Of a stretch of 36,560 nt of DNA, positions 24,759 to 33,767 are shown piece by piece (positions within the stretch are counted from its first letter, which is position 1; every line of letters begins with the position of its first letter). Source of the DNA: a virus (lineage: Duplodnaviria; Caudoviricetes); the IMG/VR virus record IMGVR_UViG_3300020426_000015, positions 1-36,560 of that record; one strand, given 5' to 3'. Both the position numbers and the translations under genes were made by a program. The notes under the pieces are model-generated. The model saw nothing but the letters and a program-made list of their open reading frames with translations, was not told the DNA's origin and did no database searches.

Positions 24759-26325
24759 TAGTTTGCTCCGTTAGTTGTTGTGCTTGTGCATTGTTTTTAG
24801 GATCAAGTAATGGTGATCCAAGAGCAGCAGATCCGAGACTTTGGATAAGTTGCTGCTGTTGCATAGCTTGCATCTCAGCCTGTATCTCCTCCTGTGTCTT
24901 CACTAGGTTAGCAGTATCTATACCAATAGAATTTGCTAACCGTTTTATAGCTTCGTCCACGTTTACAAACTGCCTCATAATGTCTGGACCTAAAGCCTGA
25001 CTTACTGTACCGATAAACTCAATAAGCTTATTACGATCATTACCACGACCAAGACCTTGTACCCCAGTGACTATCTTAGGTTTGACTAATTTTTCTGGTA
25101 GCTTCGGTGCTTTACCAGAACGAACGAGCATATGCATCCTACGTTTTAGATATGGTAGTTGAAACTCCTGAGTCAGGATGCTGTAGATACCACCAAGGCT
25201 GTTCTCTAATTCATTAGCCATCATGGTAACTTCTGCTGCTGTTACCCTTTCTGCATCTCTTTGTACAGACCTAGCCATAAGGAAGGCATATTCTAGTCTT
25301 GATTCAATTCTTTGAATAGTACTAAAAGAAACAGACAAATCAGCAGCCTTACCTACCTGCATCACAGATACATCTGCTGCACTACCTTCTCTTATGGCAC
25401 CATTGGGAGCCTTTGCTAATGTACTAGCCCTGGTAATCCCATTAGGATTTACAAGAAATAATACTTTTGCACTAGCTGCCGCACATTCTATAACACTTTG
25501 CATCAAAGCTTCTAAACTAATCAGGTCTCCTCTATATTCTTCAACATATCCTCTGCCGTAGTCTTCACCATCAATACGAACAAACCTGAGTGTTATCCAA
25601 GGTGATACATCTACTTTTGACCTTCCATCAGTACCAGGTATCTTTTCTCCCTTACACTCCTGATGCCACATGAAGTCATCATTTACTCTCTTGATGTGTG
25701 TATATATATCAAGTTCACTATCCATTGTCTTCTCGTCATAGTTCTCTTTCTTTTTAATCTGTTCCAAGAACTCTGGTGACAGTGCATTAGGGCTTACTGA
25801 TTCCTGTGTAATAATTTCTAATACATTACCAACAGCATCACGCTTGCATACAAACTTTGATAGTGGATATACTTTTAGTCCGTCATCTGTGAGATAGAGA
25901 AGAACATTCCCACCAACAATGAGATGCTTGAGTGCTTCAAACATTGCCACTCTGTCATTTGAGATCTCTATCTCATTCATCAAAGCTGTTTCTATTGTTC
26001 GTAATCCTTTATCTATCTCTGTCTCTAATCCTTCCTGTCCTTGCTTCAGCAGTTCAAGACTATCAATACTAAGTTTAAAGAAAGCAGTTGATGGTGGTAG
26101 TAATGCAAATAAAAGTTTAGATGCAAGGCTGTTCACACCTCTGGCACCTACAGCCTGGAAGGGAGTTTTTATCTTTGCTCTGGTACCTGTTGTGCTTTCT
26201 GGTATAAGACTAGGTATGGTTAGTTTTGATGATTCCTTTGCTTCTCTATCAAAAGTAGATCTTGCACTTTGTAGTTGTGCATATCTTCCAGCAGCAGTCT
26301 GTCCTTGTTGGTTTGAATAATTCAT
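24739..26325 (-). CDS. Portal (head-tail connector, gp8-like)
   Basis: PFQAVGARGVNSLASKL, GEDYGRGYVEEY, RDAERVTAAEV, LGGIYSIL motifs. Confidence 0.98.
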   Translation of the reverse strand: MNYSNQQGQTAAGRYAQLQSARSTFDREAKESSKLTIPSLIPESTTGTRAKIKTPFQAVGARGVNSLASKLLFALLPPSTAFFKLSIDSLELLKQGQEGLETEIDKGLRTIETALMNEIEISNDRVAMFEALKHLIVGGNVLLYLTDDGLKVYPLSKFVCKRDAVGNVLEIITQESVSPNALSPEFLEQIKKKENYDEKTMDSELDIYTHIKRVNDDFMWHQECKGEKIPGTDGRSKVDVSPWITLRFVRIDGEDYGRGYVEEYRGDLISLEALMQSVIECAAASAKVLFLVNPNGITRASTLAKAPNGAIREGSAADVSVMQVGKAADLSVSFSTIQRIESRLEYAFLMARSVQRDAERVTAAEVTMMANELENSLGGIYSILTQEFQLPYLKRRMHMLVRSGKAPKLPEKLVKPKIVTGVQGLGRGNDRNKLIEFIGTVSQALGPDIMRQFVNVDEAIKRLANSIGIDTANLVKTQEEIQAEMQAMQQQQLIQSLGSAALGSPLLDPKNNAQAQQLTEQTNANEEA

Positions 26326-26540
26326 TAGACTCTTAAGTCAAAAGGTGATCTTCCTCTACCTGTTAAAGGTTTATTAATTTTTTCTAGTTCATCTAATCTC
26401 TTTATTTTTAATTGTTCAGTAACTTTTTTTGTATCAATAGGATTATCTACACCAATTTGCGTACCAGTAACAGTAGGTGCAGCGTTTCTATTTTTTGCAA
26501 TTTTTGAGTAGTAAAGTTCTCTATCTCTGCCTATACACAT
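26325..26540 (-). CDS. Small virion protein candidate (MC start)
   Basis: 71 aa; TAATG coupling to the portal; gp6.7/7.3 position. Confidence 0.7.
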   Translation of the reverse strand: MCIGRDRELYYSKIAKNRNAAPTVTGTQIGVDNPIDTKKVTEQLKIKRLDELEKINKPLTGRGRSPFDLRV

Positions 26541-26542
26541 AG

Positions 26543-26752
26543 TTAATACCTTAAATTACCAGCGTTAGTTCGTCTCTCATCAAGCAAAGGTATCTGTAAA
26601 GATCTAGTACCTAAAGGTGCTCGATTTCGCTGAGTTTGTTTTTTCTTTGTTCTTTTATTACCAATAACTACACGCTCAGCAGTTTTTTCTGGCCTTGGTG
26701 CAGTAGGTTGTGGCTCTGGTAATGGTGGTGGTTTTGGTCTTCCTGCACACAT
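26543..26752 (-). CDS. Small virion protein (gp6.7-like)
   Basis: MC start, Pro-rich N-terminus, GTRSLQIPL...GNL C-terminal pattern. Confidence 0.75.
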   Translation of the reverse strand: MCAGRPKPPPLPEPQPTAPRPEKTAERVVIGNKRTKKKQTQRNRAPLGTRSLQIPLLDERRTNAGNLRY

Positions 26753-26754
26753 AA

Positions 26755-26958
26755 CTAATTCTCCAGTACTGATTCTGTTAGCATGGTATCTTTTTGTCTT
26801 GCCTGTTGTTCAATCAGGTAATCCACAACATACCGTTGCCCTGCTTTATACCATACCTCTCTATCAGTTAAAGACAAATCAGGATGGCGGTTAGGAAAGA
26901 TTTGATCTAAGGCAAAGATCAACTCATCTGTAATCACTGGAAGCTTTTCAGATGACAT
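26755..26958 (-). CDS. Conserved hypothetical protein (gp6.5 position)
   Basis: LPVITDELIFALDQIFP...WYKAGQRYVVDYL. Confidence 0.8.
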   Translation of the reverse strand: MSSEKLPVITDELIFALDQIFPNRHPDLSLTDREVWYKAGQRYVVDYLIEQQARQKDTMLTESVLEN

Positions 26959-27022
26959 GATTAATAAGATTTATAAGTATTGTAGTTCACTTTTGATAAT
27001 AAAGTATAGAGCCTTTATATTT

Positions 27023-27754
27023 TTAAGGAGTCCACAGAGATACTTCACCTGTTTGAAAGTCAAAGTCTCCATCTCTTAGTATCCTTGCCAGTTGTGCATT
27101 AAGAACAGCATCAGCAAAGTTATATTTCTTTTTCTCATACGCTTCTACTACCTTTTCCCACATCTCTTCAAGTGTTTTAGCATCACCAAGTATCTTCTCT
27201 GCTGTTACTGGACCTACCTTATCTATACCAAAGTAATTGTCAGTAGAGTCACCTGTAAGAGCCTGTATCATCCAATGTCTATTAGCTTTACGTCTGGTTA
27301 TAAGTTCAAGATCATCACCTGCTAACAGGGTGCAGGGCACAGATCTCATGTCCTTATCAACTGACACGATTATAGGATCAGGATATTTTTTACTGGTGGC
27401 AAGTATTGCCATGACATCATCACCTTCCAAGCCTTCATAACTTTCAAATTGATATCGTTCTTTTGTCTGTTCAATAATTTTCCCTAGCCCTAATGGTTTC
27501 CTTTTATGTTTTCTGTTGGCTTTATATTCTGGGTAGATCGTATGTCTGAAGGTTGGGTACTGGGTAAAGCACATAACAACATCTTCTTTGTCTTCTGCTA
27601 AAGCTTGATAGTGTGCAATTCTGCCATCAATCATTTCATGTACATCTCTTTCATCAGCATGCAAAGTATGTAAGTTGTCATCCCATTTGATGTCTTGTTC
27701 ACAGGCACAGCATGAAGAATAGATCAGCCAATCAGCATCAATTAGTAAAGTCAT
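27023..27754 (-). CDS. 5'-3' exonuclease (gp6-like)
   Basis: LLIDADW, YPEYKANRK, LEGDDV, SVDKDM, GDSTDNYFG...GPVTA, ARILR, LWTP. Confidence 0.96.
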   Translation of the reverse strand: MTLLIDADWLIYSSCCACEQDIKWDDNLHTLHADERDVHEMIDGRIAHYQALAEDKEDVVMCFTQYPTFRHTIYPEYKANRKHKRKPLGLGKIIEQTKERYQFESYEGLEGDDVMAILATSKKYPDPIIVSVDKDMRSVPCTLLAGDDLELITRRKANRHWMIQALTGDSTDNYFGIDKVGPVTAEKILGDAKTLEEMWEKVVEAYEKKKYNFADAVLNAQLARILRDGDFDFQTGEVSLWTP

Positions 27755-29355
27755 CAGTTCCCAAAGTAAGTGTCTAAAGGAAGCACTAACCTTCCTGTTT
27801 TATCGTCATACAATAATTTATCTATTTCACCTGTCATACCTGTATGTCTATTCTTCAACACACGCAACTGTAATTCTGCCCTTTCAGCTACATCCCCCTG
27901 CTGGTTTCTTTCACAGGCAACGACCAAATCGCTCAACTGGGCTATAGAGTGACTGGATCTAAGGTGATTTAAACTAACACGATTCCCCTCCTCATGTCCT
28001 TTGCCTTCTGGTCTACGCAAGTGAGAGACAACAATCAAACCTATACCAGTAGATTCAACCACCTGTCTAAGCTTGGTACAGACTACATCCAAGGCTCTTC
28101 TTTCATCTAGGTCAGAGATTCCTGACACAACTATTGTTAAATGATCCAAGATCACAACATCCACACCCTCTGCTGTAGCGAGATATTGTATTTGTTCAAC
28201 TAATCTATCTGGATCAATAGAACCGAAGTGATCATATAAGAATAGTTTTCCTGTTCCAAACAACCTATCAAACGACTGCTTTAAAGTTTCTTGTTCAATA
28301 TTATCCTCAAGATGTAGTGGTTTGTTCACCTCAACACCTAAGATGCCTTGCATCGTTCTCTGCACAGATTCTTCCAAAGCTATATATCCAACGGTCAGAT
28401 CATTCTTTATAAAATGATGAGCCAATTCTCTGCATATAGTTGATTTTCCAGTGCCACTACCAGCAGCTATGCATATCATTTGTTGTTTATGAAAGCCTTT
28501 GGTAAAGGTATCAAGCTGTGGAAATGGAAAAGGACAGACACTGTTAGTACCTTTCTTTGTCAGTTCTTGCCATAGGTTACTGGCGTTAAGTATTCCATCT
28601 GGTCTAACAGGTGTTGCCCTGAATAACAGATCCCTAAGTTCTTCCCCTTCTCCTGCGAGGAGCATTTCATTAGCATCTTTTCTTGGAAGTCTACATATAG
28701 CTGCCTTGCCAGCAGGTAAGATTTTAATTGCTTTTTCGGCAGCAACCATACCAGGCTCGTCACTATCGAAGCACAGAACTATGCGTACAAATTGAGATAA
28801 CCATTTTAAATTTGCTGCTATATATTTATTAGCTGACTGACTACCAGAAGGCAAACTAACTACAGGATACTTGTTACCTTGAGCCTGTGAAACAGACATG
28901 CAATCTATCTCACCTTCTGTAATAGTGACAAACATCTTACCTGTATTGTGTTGTCTCCATAGCTTCTGCCCCCATAGCTGTAGGTTACTGACATCACCTA
29001 ACCATATAAATCTTTTATTTTGATAGCGTATATGCTGTGCAGATGGTCTTCCTAAATTATCTTCGTATGTTGCTACCTGCACAGGTACTCCGTTGTGTTC
29101 TGTAATCCCATAATTAAATAGTTCACATGTCTCCTGTGTTATGCCACGCTTTGGCAATGCTTTTGGTGTAACAAATTTTAGTAATGGTTTCTTCACAGTC
29201 TTGATAAAACTTTTCTTTGGTCTTTCTTTTGGTGGGTGGTAGGTATAGCTACAGCCGAAACAGAAACCATGTCCGTCATCATAGATAGCCATATTATCTT
29301 TGCTGCCACACTCAGGGCAGCTTGTCTTCCTTACATAATTGCTCTTGTTCTTCAT
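27754..29355 (-). CDS. Primase-helicase (gp4-like; start revised to 29355)
   Basis: Zinc finger CPECGSKD...HGFCFGC, TOPRIM ITEGEID/FDSD, Walker A AGSGTGKST, ILDH, VSHLRR, LKNRHTG. Confidence 0.97.
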   Translation of the reverse strand: MKNKSNYVRKTSCPECGSKDNMAIYDDGHGFCFGCSYTYHPPKERPKKSFIKTVKKPLLKFVTPKALPKRGITQETCELFNYGITEHNGVPVQVATYEDNLGRPSAQHIRYQNKRFIWLGDVSNLQLWGQKLWRQHNTGKMFVTITEGEIDCMSVSQAQGNKYPVVSLPSGSQSANKYIAANLKWLSQFVRIVLCFDSDEPGMVAAEKAIKILPAGKAAICRLPRKDANEMLLAGEGEELRDLLFRATPVRPDGILNASNLWQELTKKGTNSVCPFPFPQLDTFTKGFHKQQMICIAAGSGTGKSTICRELAHHFIKNDLTVGYIALEESVQRTMQGILGVEVNKPLHLEDNIEQETLKQSFDRLFGTGKLFLYDHFGSIDPDRLVEQIQYLATAEGVDVVILDHLTIVVSGISDLDERRALDVVCTKLRQVVESTGIGLIVVSHLRRPEGKGHEEGNRVSLNHLRSSHSIAQLSDLVVACERNQQGDVAERAELQLRVLKNRHTGMTGEIDKLLYDDKTGRLVLPLDTYFGN

Positions 29356-29701
29356 ACCAATCTCTGGGAATAGAGCCATGACTCCAGAGAAAACCATGCT
29401 TAGTAGCCCAAGCACCATAGGTTAAACTTCTTTTGCCACGACTCAATTTTGTTTTACTATTCTGAAAACAGAATCGTATATCTAGTTCGGGTCGTTGCGT
29501 CTTGATCGCAATATGTTTTCTGCGGTCCTCCTTTGAGAAAAATCCCTTAGTTTCAATGCAGATACCGTTGTCAAGGATGAAATCAGGCTTATAAGTGCAA
29601 CTGATTTGGTAGTTAATATCGAGTGTTTCATAAGAGAATTGAACTTTGTCTGCTTGTAATGTCGCTGCAATACCAGCTTCAAACTTACTTCTAAAATTCG
29701 T
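29312..29701 (-). CDS. Endonuclease I / Holliday junction resolvase (gp3-like); start uncertain
   Basis: FRSKFE, YKPDFILDNGICIETKG, DIRFCFQN, TYGAWATKHGF. The conserved part begins at an ACG codon (29701); the frame is open up to ATG 29806. Confidence 0.92.
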   Translation of the reverse strand, partial: TNFRSKFEAGIAATLQADKVQFSYETLDINYQISCTYKPDFILDNGICIETKGFFSKEDRRKHIAIKTQRPELDIRFCFQNSKTKLSRGKRSLTYGAWATKHGFLWSHGSIPRDWYEEQEQLCKEDKLP

Positions 29702-30317
29702 CCCCTGCTGCAACTGTTTCAAAGCCTTGGACTTTGGGAGCTTCTTCTTTGACTTCGGATTCTTTTGTTTCAAACCCATAACCTTGTGCTGTTTTAGTGT
29801 ACTCAACTTGGTTATGAATAATCACTGCTTCTGGCTCAATCTTAATACCAACACCAAAGGCAGGTGCTTCCCAACCACTACATCTCAAATTAACCTGACC
29901 TGTAGTACCAGGACCAAGTTTATTAACAGCTTGTCTTTGTTCTTCTGACATAGGAGAACCATCAGAGTTATATAAAACAGGTGGTCTTTTCTTCCATTGC
30001 GTACCGTCTGCTCTAATACCACCACCCTTCATCTTGGTCTTCACTCTGAAGTACGGGACACCATCAACTTCTTCGTAGCCAAAACGAGCAGGTGCAAGCT
30101 TATATTTCTTATTAGGATTAGCAATCTTAAGTTGACTCTTCCATCTTTCAAGCAGTGCATTAAGTTGCTCTTCAAGTTCCTGTGCTTTCTCTGGTTCAAT
30201 AAGACATTCGACCTGCCACAAGCCAGCTTGATCGAATTTAGTATCTGGTTCTACAAGCCATGCGTACTGCAATAGACACACGGGTGTCGTAAAGTTACAA
30301 ATTTCTGGTTTAATCAT
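29691..30317 (-). CDS. ssb: Single-stranded DNA-binding protein (gp2.5-like)
   Basis: FTTP...YAWLVEPDTKFD..G motif, acidic tail ending GDEF, synteny. Confidence 0.9.
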   Translation of the reverse strand: MIKPEICNFTTPVCLLQYAWLVEPDTKFDQAGLWQVECLIEPEKAQELEEQLNALLERWKSQLKIANPNKKYKLAPARFGYEEVDGVPYFRVKTKMKGGGIRADGTQWKKRPPVLYNSDGSPMSEEQRQAVNKLGPGTTGQVNLRCSGWEAPAFGVGIKIEPEAVIIHNQVEYTKTAQGYGFETKESEVKEEAPKVQGFETVAAGDEF

Positions 30318-30372
30318 TTGATGTTTTCTTTAAAAGTTTCTTTTAAAATCGTCTGCGTTAGACGTAACATTG

Positions 30373-30400
30373 ATCGTATCGTACATTTTATTTCTGTCAT
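30373..30400 (-). promoter_or_regulatory. Possible sigma70-type promoter for the replication genes
   Basis: ATGACA-N16-TACGAT between the RNA polymerase and SSB genes. Confidence 0.45.
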
Positions 30401-30409
30401 CCTTTATTA

Positions 30410-32803
30410 CTAACTGAACACATATAGTGCGTCTAACACTTTACAGATATTAAACTCCCCTAAATCTGGTGGTGTCGGTAGTTTTCGTGGTTTATCTAAC
30501 TGCATTACAGACTGATCGTATAGATCATCTAATACATTGGATGTGTACATTTCGACAAAGGATTGTTTTACACAAGAAATAAATTCTTCTATATCAGCAG
30601 CAGTAGATCCAAAACAATCATGGATCGTAGTAAAGTTTTTAAGTCCTTGTTTATTACTTTTATCCAATGCTAAATGTACATTAGCAGCGTCAAGACTATG
30701 AACAAAGTTAGCAGCAAAACTTCTTGTAGATTTATTACTATTCACCTCCTCAGTCTCTTCATTAAGTGACAAGTACACAGTGCTAGTGCCTATTTTAGTC
30801 TTTATTCTTTTTATATTTTGTATGAAATAATTCTGATTAACATAAAACTTAGAGGGTGTATTCCACTTCATTGTTTTATGTTCACTGCCATAACATTTAG
30901 CAATGTCTGTTAAATATTTCATAATGATTGATGACTTTGGACATACCTTTTTCACAGTCTCAACAATTTTTCTGGCTAGAAAATAGTTATGTGCAAAGCT
31001 ATCTTTTTCCCAAGGTAGATCTACATCATGTTTATATAAATATTCTTTGATTGATTTTGTAATACCAAATAACGTACCACTATAAGGAATAACCATCACT
31101 GGTTTCTTTACCAGCTTTCTAGTAATAACTTCTCTATTGTTTAACCATTCAACAGCTAACGGGTCATCACTATCAGCTAACTCTGTTAATAATTCTGCTC
31201 TTACCTCATCGTAAAGATCCTGTACTTTATCAGACTTAATAAGATTAACTCTTACTGCGAGGTCTTGATCACAAGTCATGGCAGCAAAGTGTTGATAGCC
31301 ATTATTAGTGCCATCTAACAGGACAGGATGCTTCGATATATACCCATAGCCTACCTCTAATAGCTCGCACCACTCCAATGCGAAAGCTAGAAATTGAAAA
31401 GGCTCGTCAGCTTTAGACCACAAACTAACAGTAGCTTCTGGATTACTTGCCACCTGTCTTGCTAGTGCTGCTCCCTCTGTATTAGCCCATTCAATTCTTT
31501 CCGCATAGCTACTTTTACTAAGACCCCAAGAGTTAGCACCTGCTATTCCTAGCCAATTCTTAGCTGTCTCATCCTTAATTGCTGCTCCATTATGGAATCT
31601 ATGCAAAGCTCTAGCTAAATCATTACCCTGTGGATTAAACACAGCAGCTACAGGGTAGATTCTACCTGTAAAATCTGCTTGCCAACAATGAAAGAAAGGA
31701 GCATCTTTGTAATACAGGGCTGTATCCAATAATGTCAGGCATTGAAATCGTTTCATCCTATCGTGTGCATTTTGATCATGGATGAGACTAGCTGCCTTCC
31801 TCCATCTCAACCTGGCATCTTCATTGGTATCAATATCAAAAGGTTTTGGTGGTAGTGGTAATGTTTCAGCATCAATCAAACATCCCACTTCTATACTTCT
31901 ATCCCAACAGCTTTGAGCAATTTCAAGAACATCTATATTCACTTCCCATTGCGTATTCTGTAGAGAATTTAATGCTTGAAAAAACGCTGTTGGTTTTCTT
32001 TCTGATACTTCTTGTAAGTAAGAGAGATCCCTGCTCTTAATAGCTTTAATATGTTGCAGTCGTTTAGTATGAAATCCTCCTTCAGTAGCACTTGTCCATT
32101 CAATAGGTTGTTCTACACAGGGCATATAGATTGGATAGCTTGCAAACCTATTTACCCTTTGTCTCTTCATCCATTCGTCAATGCTTTCAGTGAACTCCAC
32201 ATAGTTTTGTGTAGTCCTACCCATTCTTTTAGATACAACCTTAACCATACCCAAGGTATTGATTAATAGATCTAATAGTTTCATTCCTATGCGTAGCTTC
32301 TCTTCCTTTGCCCACGATTTAAAGACAAAACCTCTGTTATTCATGTGGCCTATCATCATATTGCGTCTATAACGTGGGTGTGTTGTATCAGTTATATGTT
32401 TTTTAACAGCAGTAAAATGTCGTTTATCTTCCTCTTCAAAGACACTAAACCTTATTTCGTCTTCTAATAAACGACCTGTCTGAATAGCTATCTGTGTAGC
32501 TGTATTACCCTGTGATGCACCATCTATGATTGCCTTGAAAGCAATAAAAGCTACAACATCTACATCAGGAAATTCTGACAATTTAACAGCAGCTACAGCT
32601 TTTGGCCCTGGTTTACCCCTCCAAGACCTATCAATAAACTGCTGTATAGCTTTTGAATAAGGTTCAAGACCAGCAGCGATCATGTTACGTGCATAATCTG
32701 TTTCTGATTCTCTTCCTTTTTCAATACACCTCTGGATTTTTCGTTGACGAGAAGCGTAGCCCCGATCAAGCATTTCCTGTTCAATTTTTACCTGTTCACT
32801 CAT
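30410..32803 (-). CDS. Single-subunit T7-type RNA polymerase (start revised to 32803)
   Basis: DFTGRIY (DxxGR), LDGTNNGYQH (motif A), RKLVKKPVMVIPYSG (motif B), NFVHSLDA, IHDCF (motif C), C-terminal YVFS. Confidence 0.98.
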   Translation of the reverse strand: MSEQVKIEQEMLDRGYASRQRKIQRCIEKGRESETDYARNMIAAGLEPYSKAIQQFIDRSWRGKPGPKAVAAVKLSEFPDVDVVAFIAFKAIIDGASQGNTATQIAIQTGRLLEDEIRFSVFEEEDKRHFTAVKKHITDTTHPRYRRNMMIGHMNNRGFVFKSWAKEEKLRIGMKLLDLLINTLGMVKVVSKRMGRTTQNYVEFTESIDEWMKRQRVNRFASYPIYMPCVEQPIEWTSATEGGFHTKRLQHIKAIKSRDLSYLQEVSERKPTAFFQALNSLQNTQWEVNIDVLEIAQSCWDRSIEVGCLIDAETLPLPPKPFDIDTNEDARLRWRKAASLIHDQNAHDRMKRFQCLTLLDTALYYKDAPFFHCWQADFTGRIYPVAAVFNPQGNDLARALHRFHNGAAIKDETAKNWLGIAGANSWGLSKSSYAERIEWANTEGAALARQVASNPEATVSLWSKADEPFQFLAFALEWCELLEVGYGYISKHPVLLDGTNNGYQHFAAMTCDQDLAVRVNLIKSDKVQDLYDEVRAELLTELADSDDPLAVEWLNNREVITRKLVKKPVMVIPYSGTLFGITKSIKEYLYKHDVDLPWEKDSFAHNYFLARKIVETVKKVCPKSSIIMKYLTDIAKCYGSEHKTMKWNTPSKFYVNQNYFIQNIKRIKTKIGTSTVYLSLNEETEEVNSNKSTRSFAANFVHSLDAANVHLALDKSNKQGLKNFTTIHDCFGSTAADIEEFISCVKQSFVEMYTSNVLDDLYDQSVMQLDKPRKLPTPPDLGEFNICKVLDALYVFS

Positions 32804-32933
32804 GCTTTGACAGTCTCCATGCTTCAATAAGACATTCCAATTCAAAAATTCTTAGTTTTGCATTAGCTATCTTCTCATCTATTACCTTGTTACGTTCGTA
32901 TTTATACTTGTTAAAGTTAATTACCTTTGACAT
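32796..32933 (-). CDS. Hypothetical early protein (45 aa)
   Basis: Manual translation MSKVINFNKYKYERNKVIDEKIANAKLRIFELECLIEAWRLSKHE; overlaps both neighbours. Confidence 0.7.
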   Translation of the reverse strand: MSKVINFNKYKYERNKVIDEKIANAKLRIFELECLIEAWRLSKHE

Positions 32934-33186
32934 CTGTTGTTCTGTACTGTTTTATAAGTTCGGTAAGGTCTGTTAATAGATCATCACATTGACTGCGTAA
33001 ATCCACCACAGATTCCTTATCCTCATCAATCAACTTAGCAAGTTCCTCCAGGCTGTATTCTCTTGTGCTAAAAAACTTACCACAAGCTTTACAAGTCCTT
33101 GATCTCCACACATAGTTTGCGTTAGGTCTTTGTCTTACCTGTGGTGAAATAGTATCAACACTGCCGCATTTAGGACATTGAATCAT
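32917..33186 (-). CDS. NrdR-like zinc-ribbon protein without ATP cone
   Basis: CPKCG..DT...VWRSRTCKACGKFFSTRE mirrors NrdR CPxC...IRRRRECxxCxxRFTTxE; followed by a short acidic coiled coil; AGGAG RBS. Confidence 0.75.
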   Translation of the reverse strand: MIQCPKCGSVDTISPQVRQRPNANYVWRSRTCKACGKFFSTREYSLEELAKLIDEDKESVVDLRSQCDDLLTDLTELIKQYRTTDVKGN

Positions 33187-33343
33187 GATTCTCCTTATCC
33201 ATTGTTAAAAATTTATCATCAAGTTTTTGTATGCACATTTCCCATGCGTCATCATGGCTAATATCTAATAACTTAGATAACTCCTTTGATAGATCCTTTA
33301 GATGACTAGCAATGGCATTAAGACTGTACGGATAATCACTCAT
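33170..33343 (-). CDS. Hypothetical early protein
   Basis: MSDYPYSLNAIASHL... helical ORF; the Met at 33343 overlaps the upstream stop region. Confidence 0.7.
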   Translation of the reverse strand: MSDYPYSLNAIASHLKDLSKELSKLLDISHDDAWEMCIQKLDDKFLTMDKENHDSMS

Positions 33344-33560
33344 AATCAAAATCCTCATCGTGTAACGGAAACTTTTCAAGACCTTCTATGTCATCCTGCC
33401 AAGGATTCTCTACAGCTATCTTTGCAAGCCTACCCATAGCGTTTTCTTGATATGCACCAGGTAAGCTTGCAAGATGATTAACTAAATGAACAATAGTTAC
33501 CTGATGATGTTCTGGCAGTTCATCTATTCGACAAGACATAGAGATAGTATGTTGACTCAT
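33336..33560 (-). CDS. Hypothetical early protein (74 aa)
   Basis: GGAGG RBS; abuts the upstream stop. Confidence 0.75.
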   Translation of the reverse strand: MSQHTISMSCRIDELPEHHQVTIVHLVNHLASLPGAYQENAMGRLAKIAVENPWQDDIEGLEKFPLHDEDFDYE

Positions 33561-33767
33561 TTACCTACCTCCCTGGAACTGGATCTCTGCGTGTTGTAAA
33601 GACTCCCAATACATTCCATTACCCTCATCATCAATAAGAATAATAGAATGTCTATCAAGGTCCATACACACTTGTTTAACGACCCTACCCTCATCCTCAT
33701 CAGATAAAGTTATACAACTTCCAATAAGAAATTCGATAGGGATATTAGAAAAGTTTTTTACTTTCAT
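33561..33767 (-). CDS. Hypothetical early protein (68 aa)
   Basis: GGAGG RBS; ATGA overlap. Confidence 0.75.
   Translation of the reverse strand: MKVKNFSNIPIEFLIGSCITLSDEDEGRVVKQVCMDLDRHSIILIDDEGNGMYWESLQHAEIQFQGGR

Noticed and set aside
9421-32976. Plus-strand and nested ORFs inside core genes (e.g. 13042-13380, 22808-23125, 25919-26320, 28499-28795, 32653-32976)
   Set aside because: Antisense shadows of conserved genes with no RBS or recognisable product.
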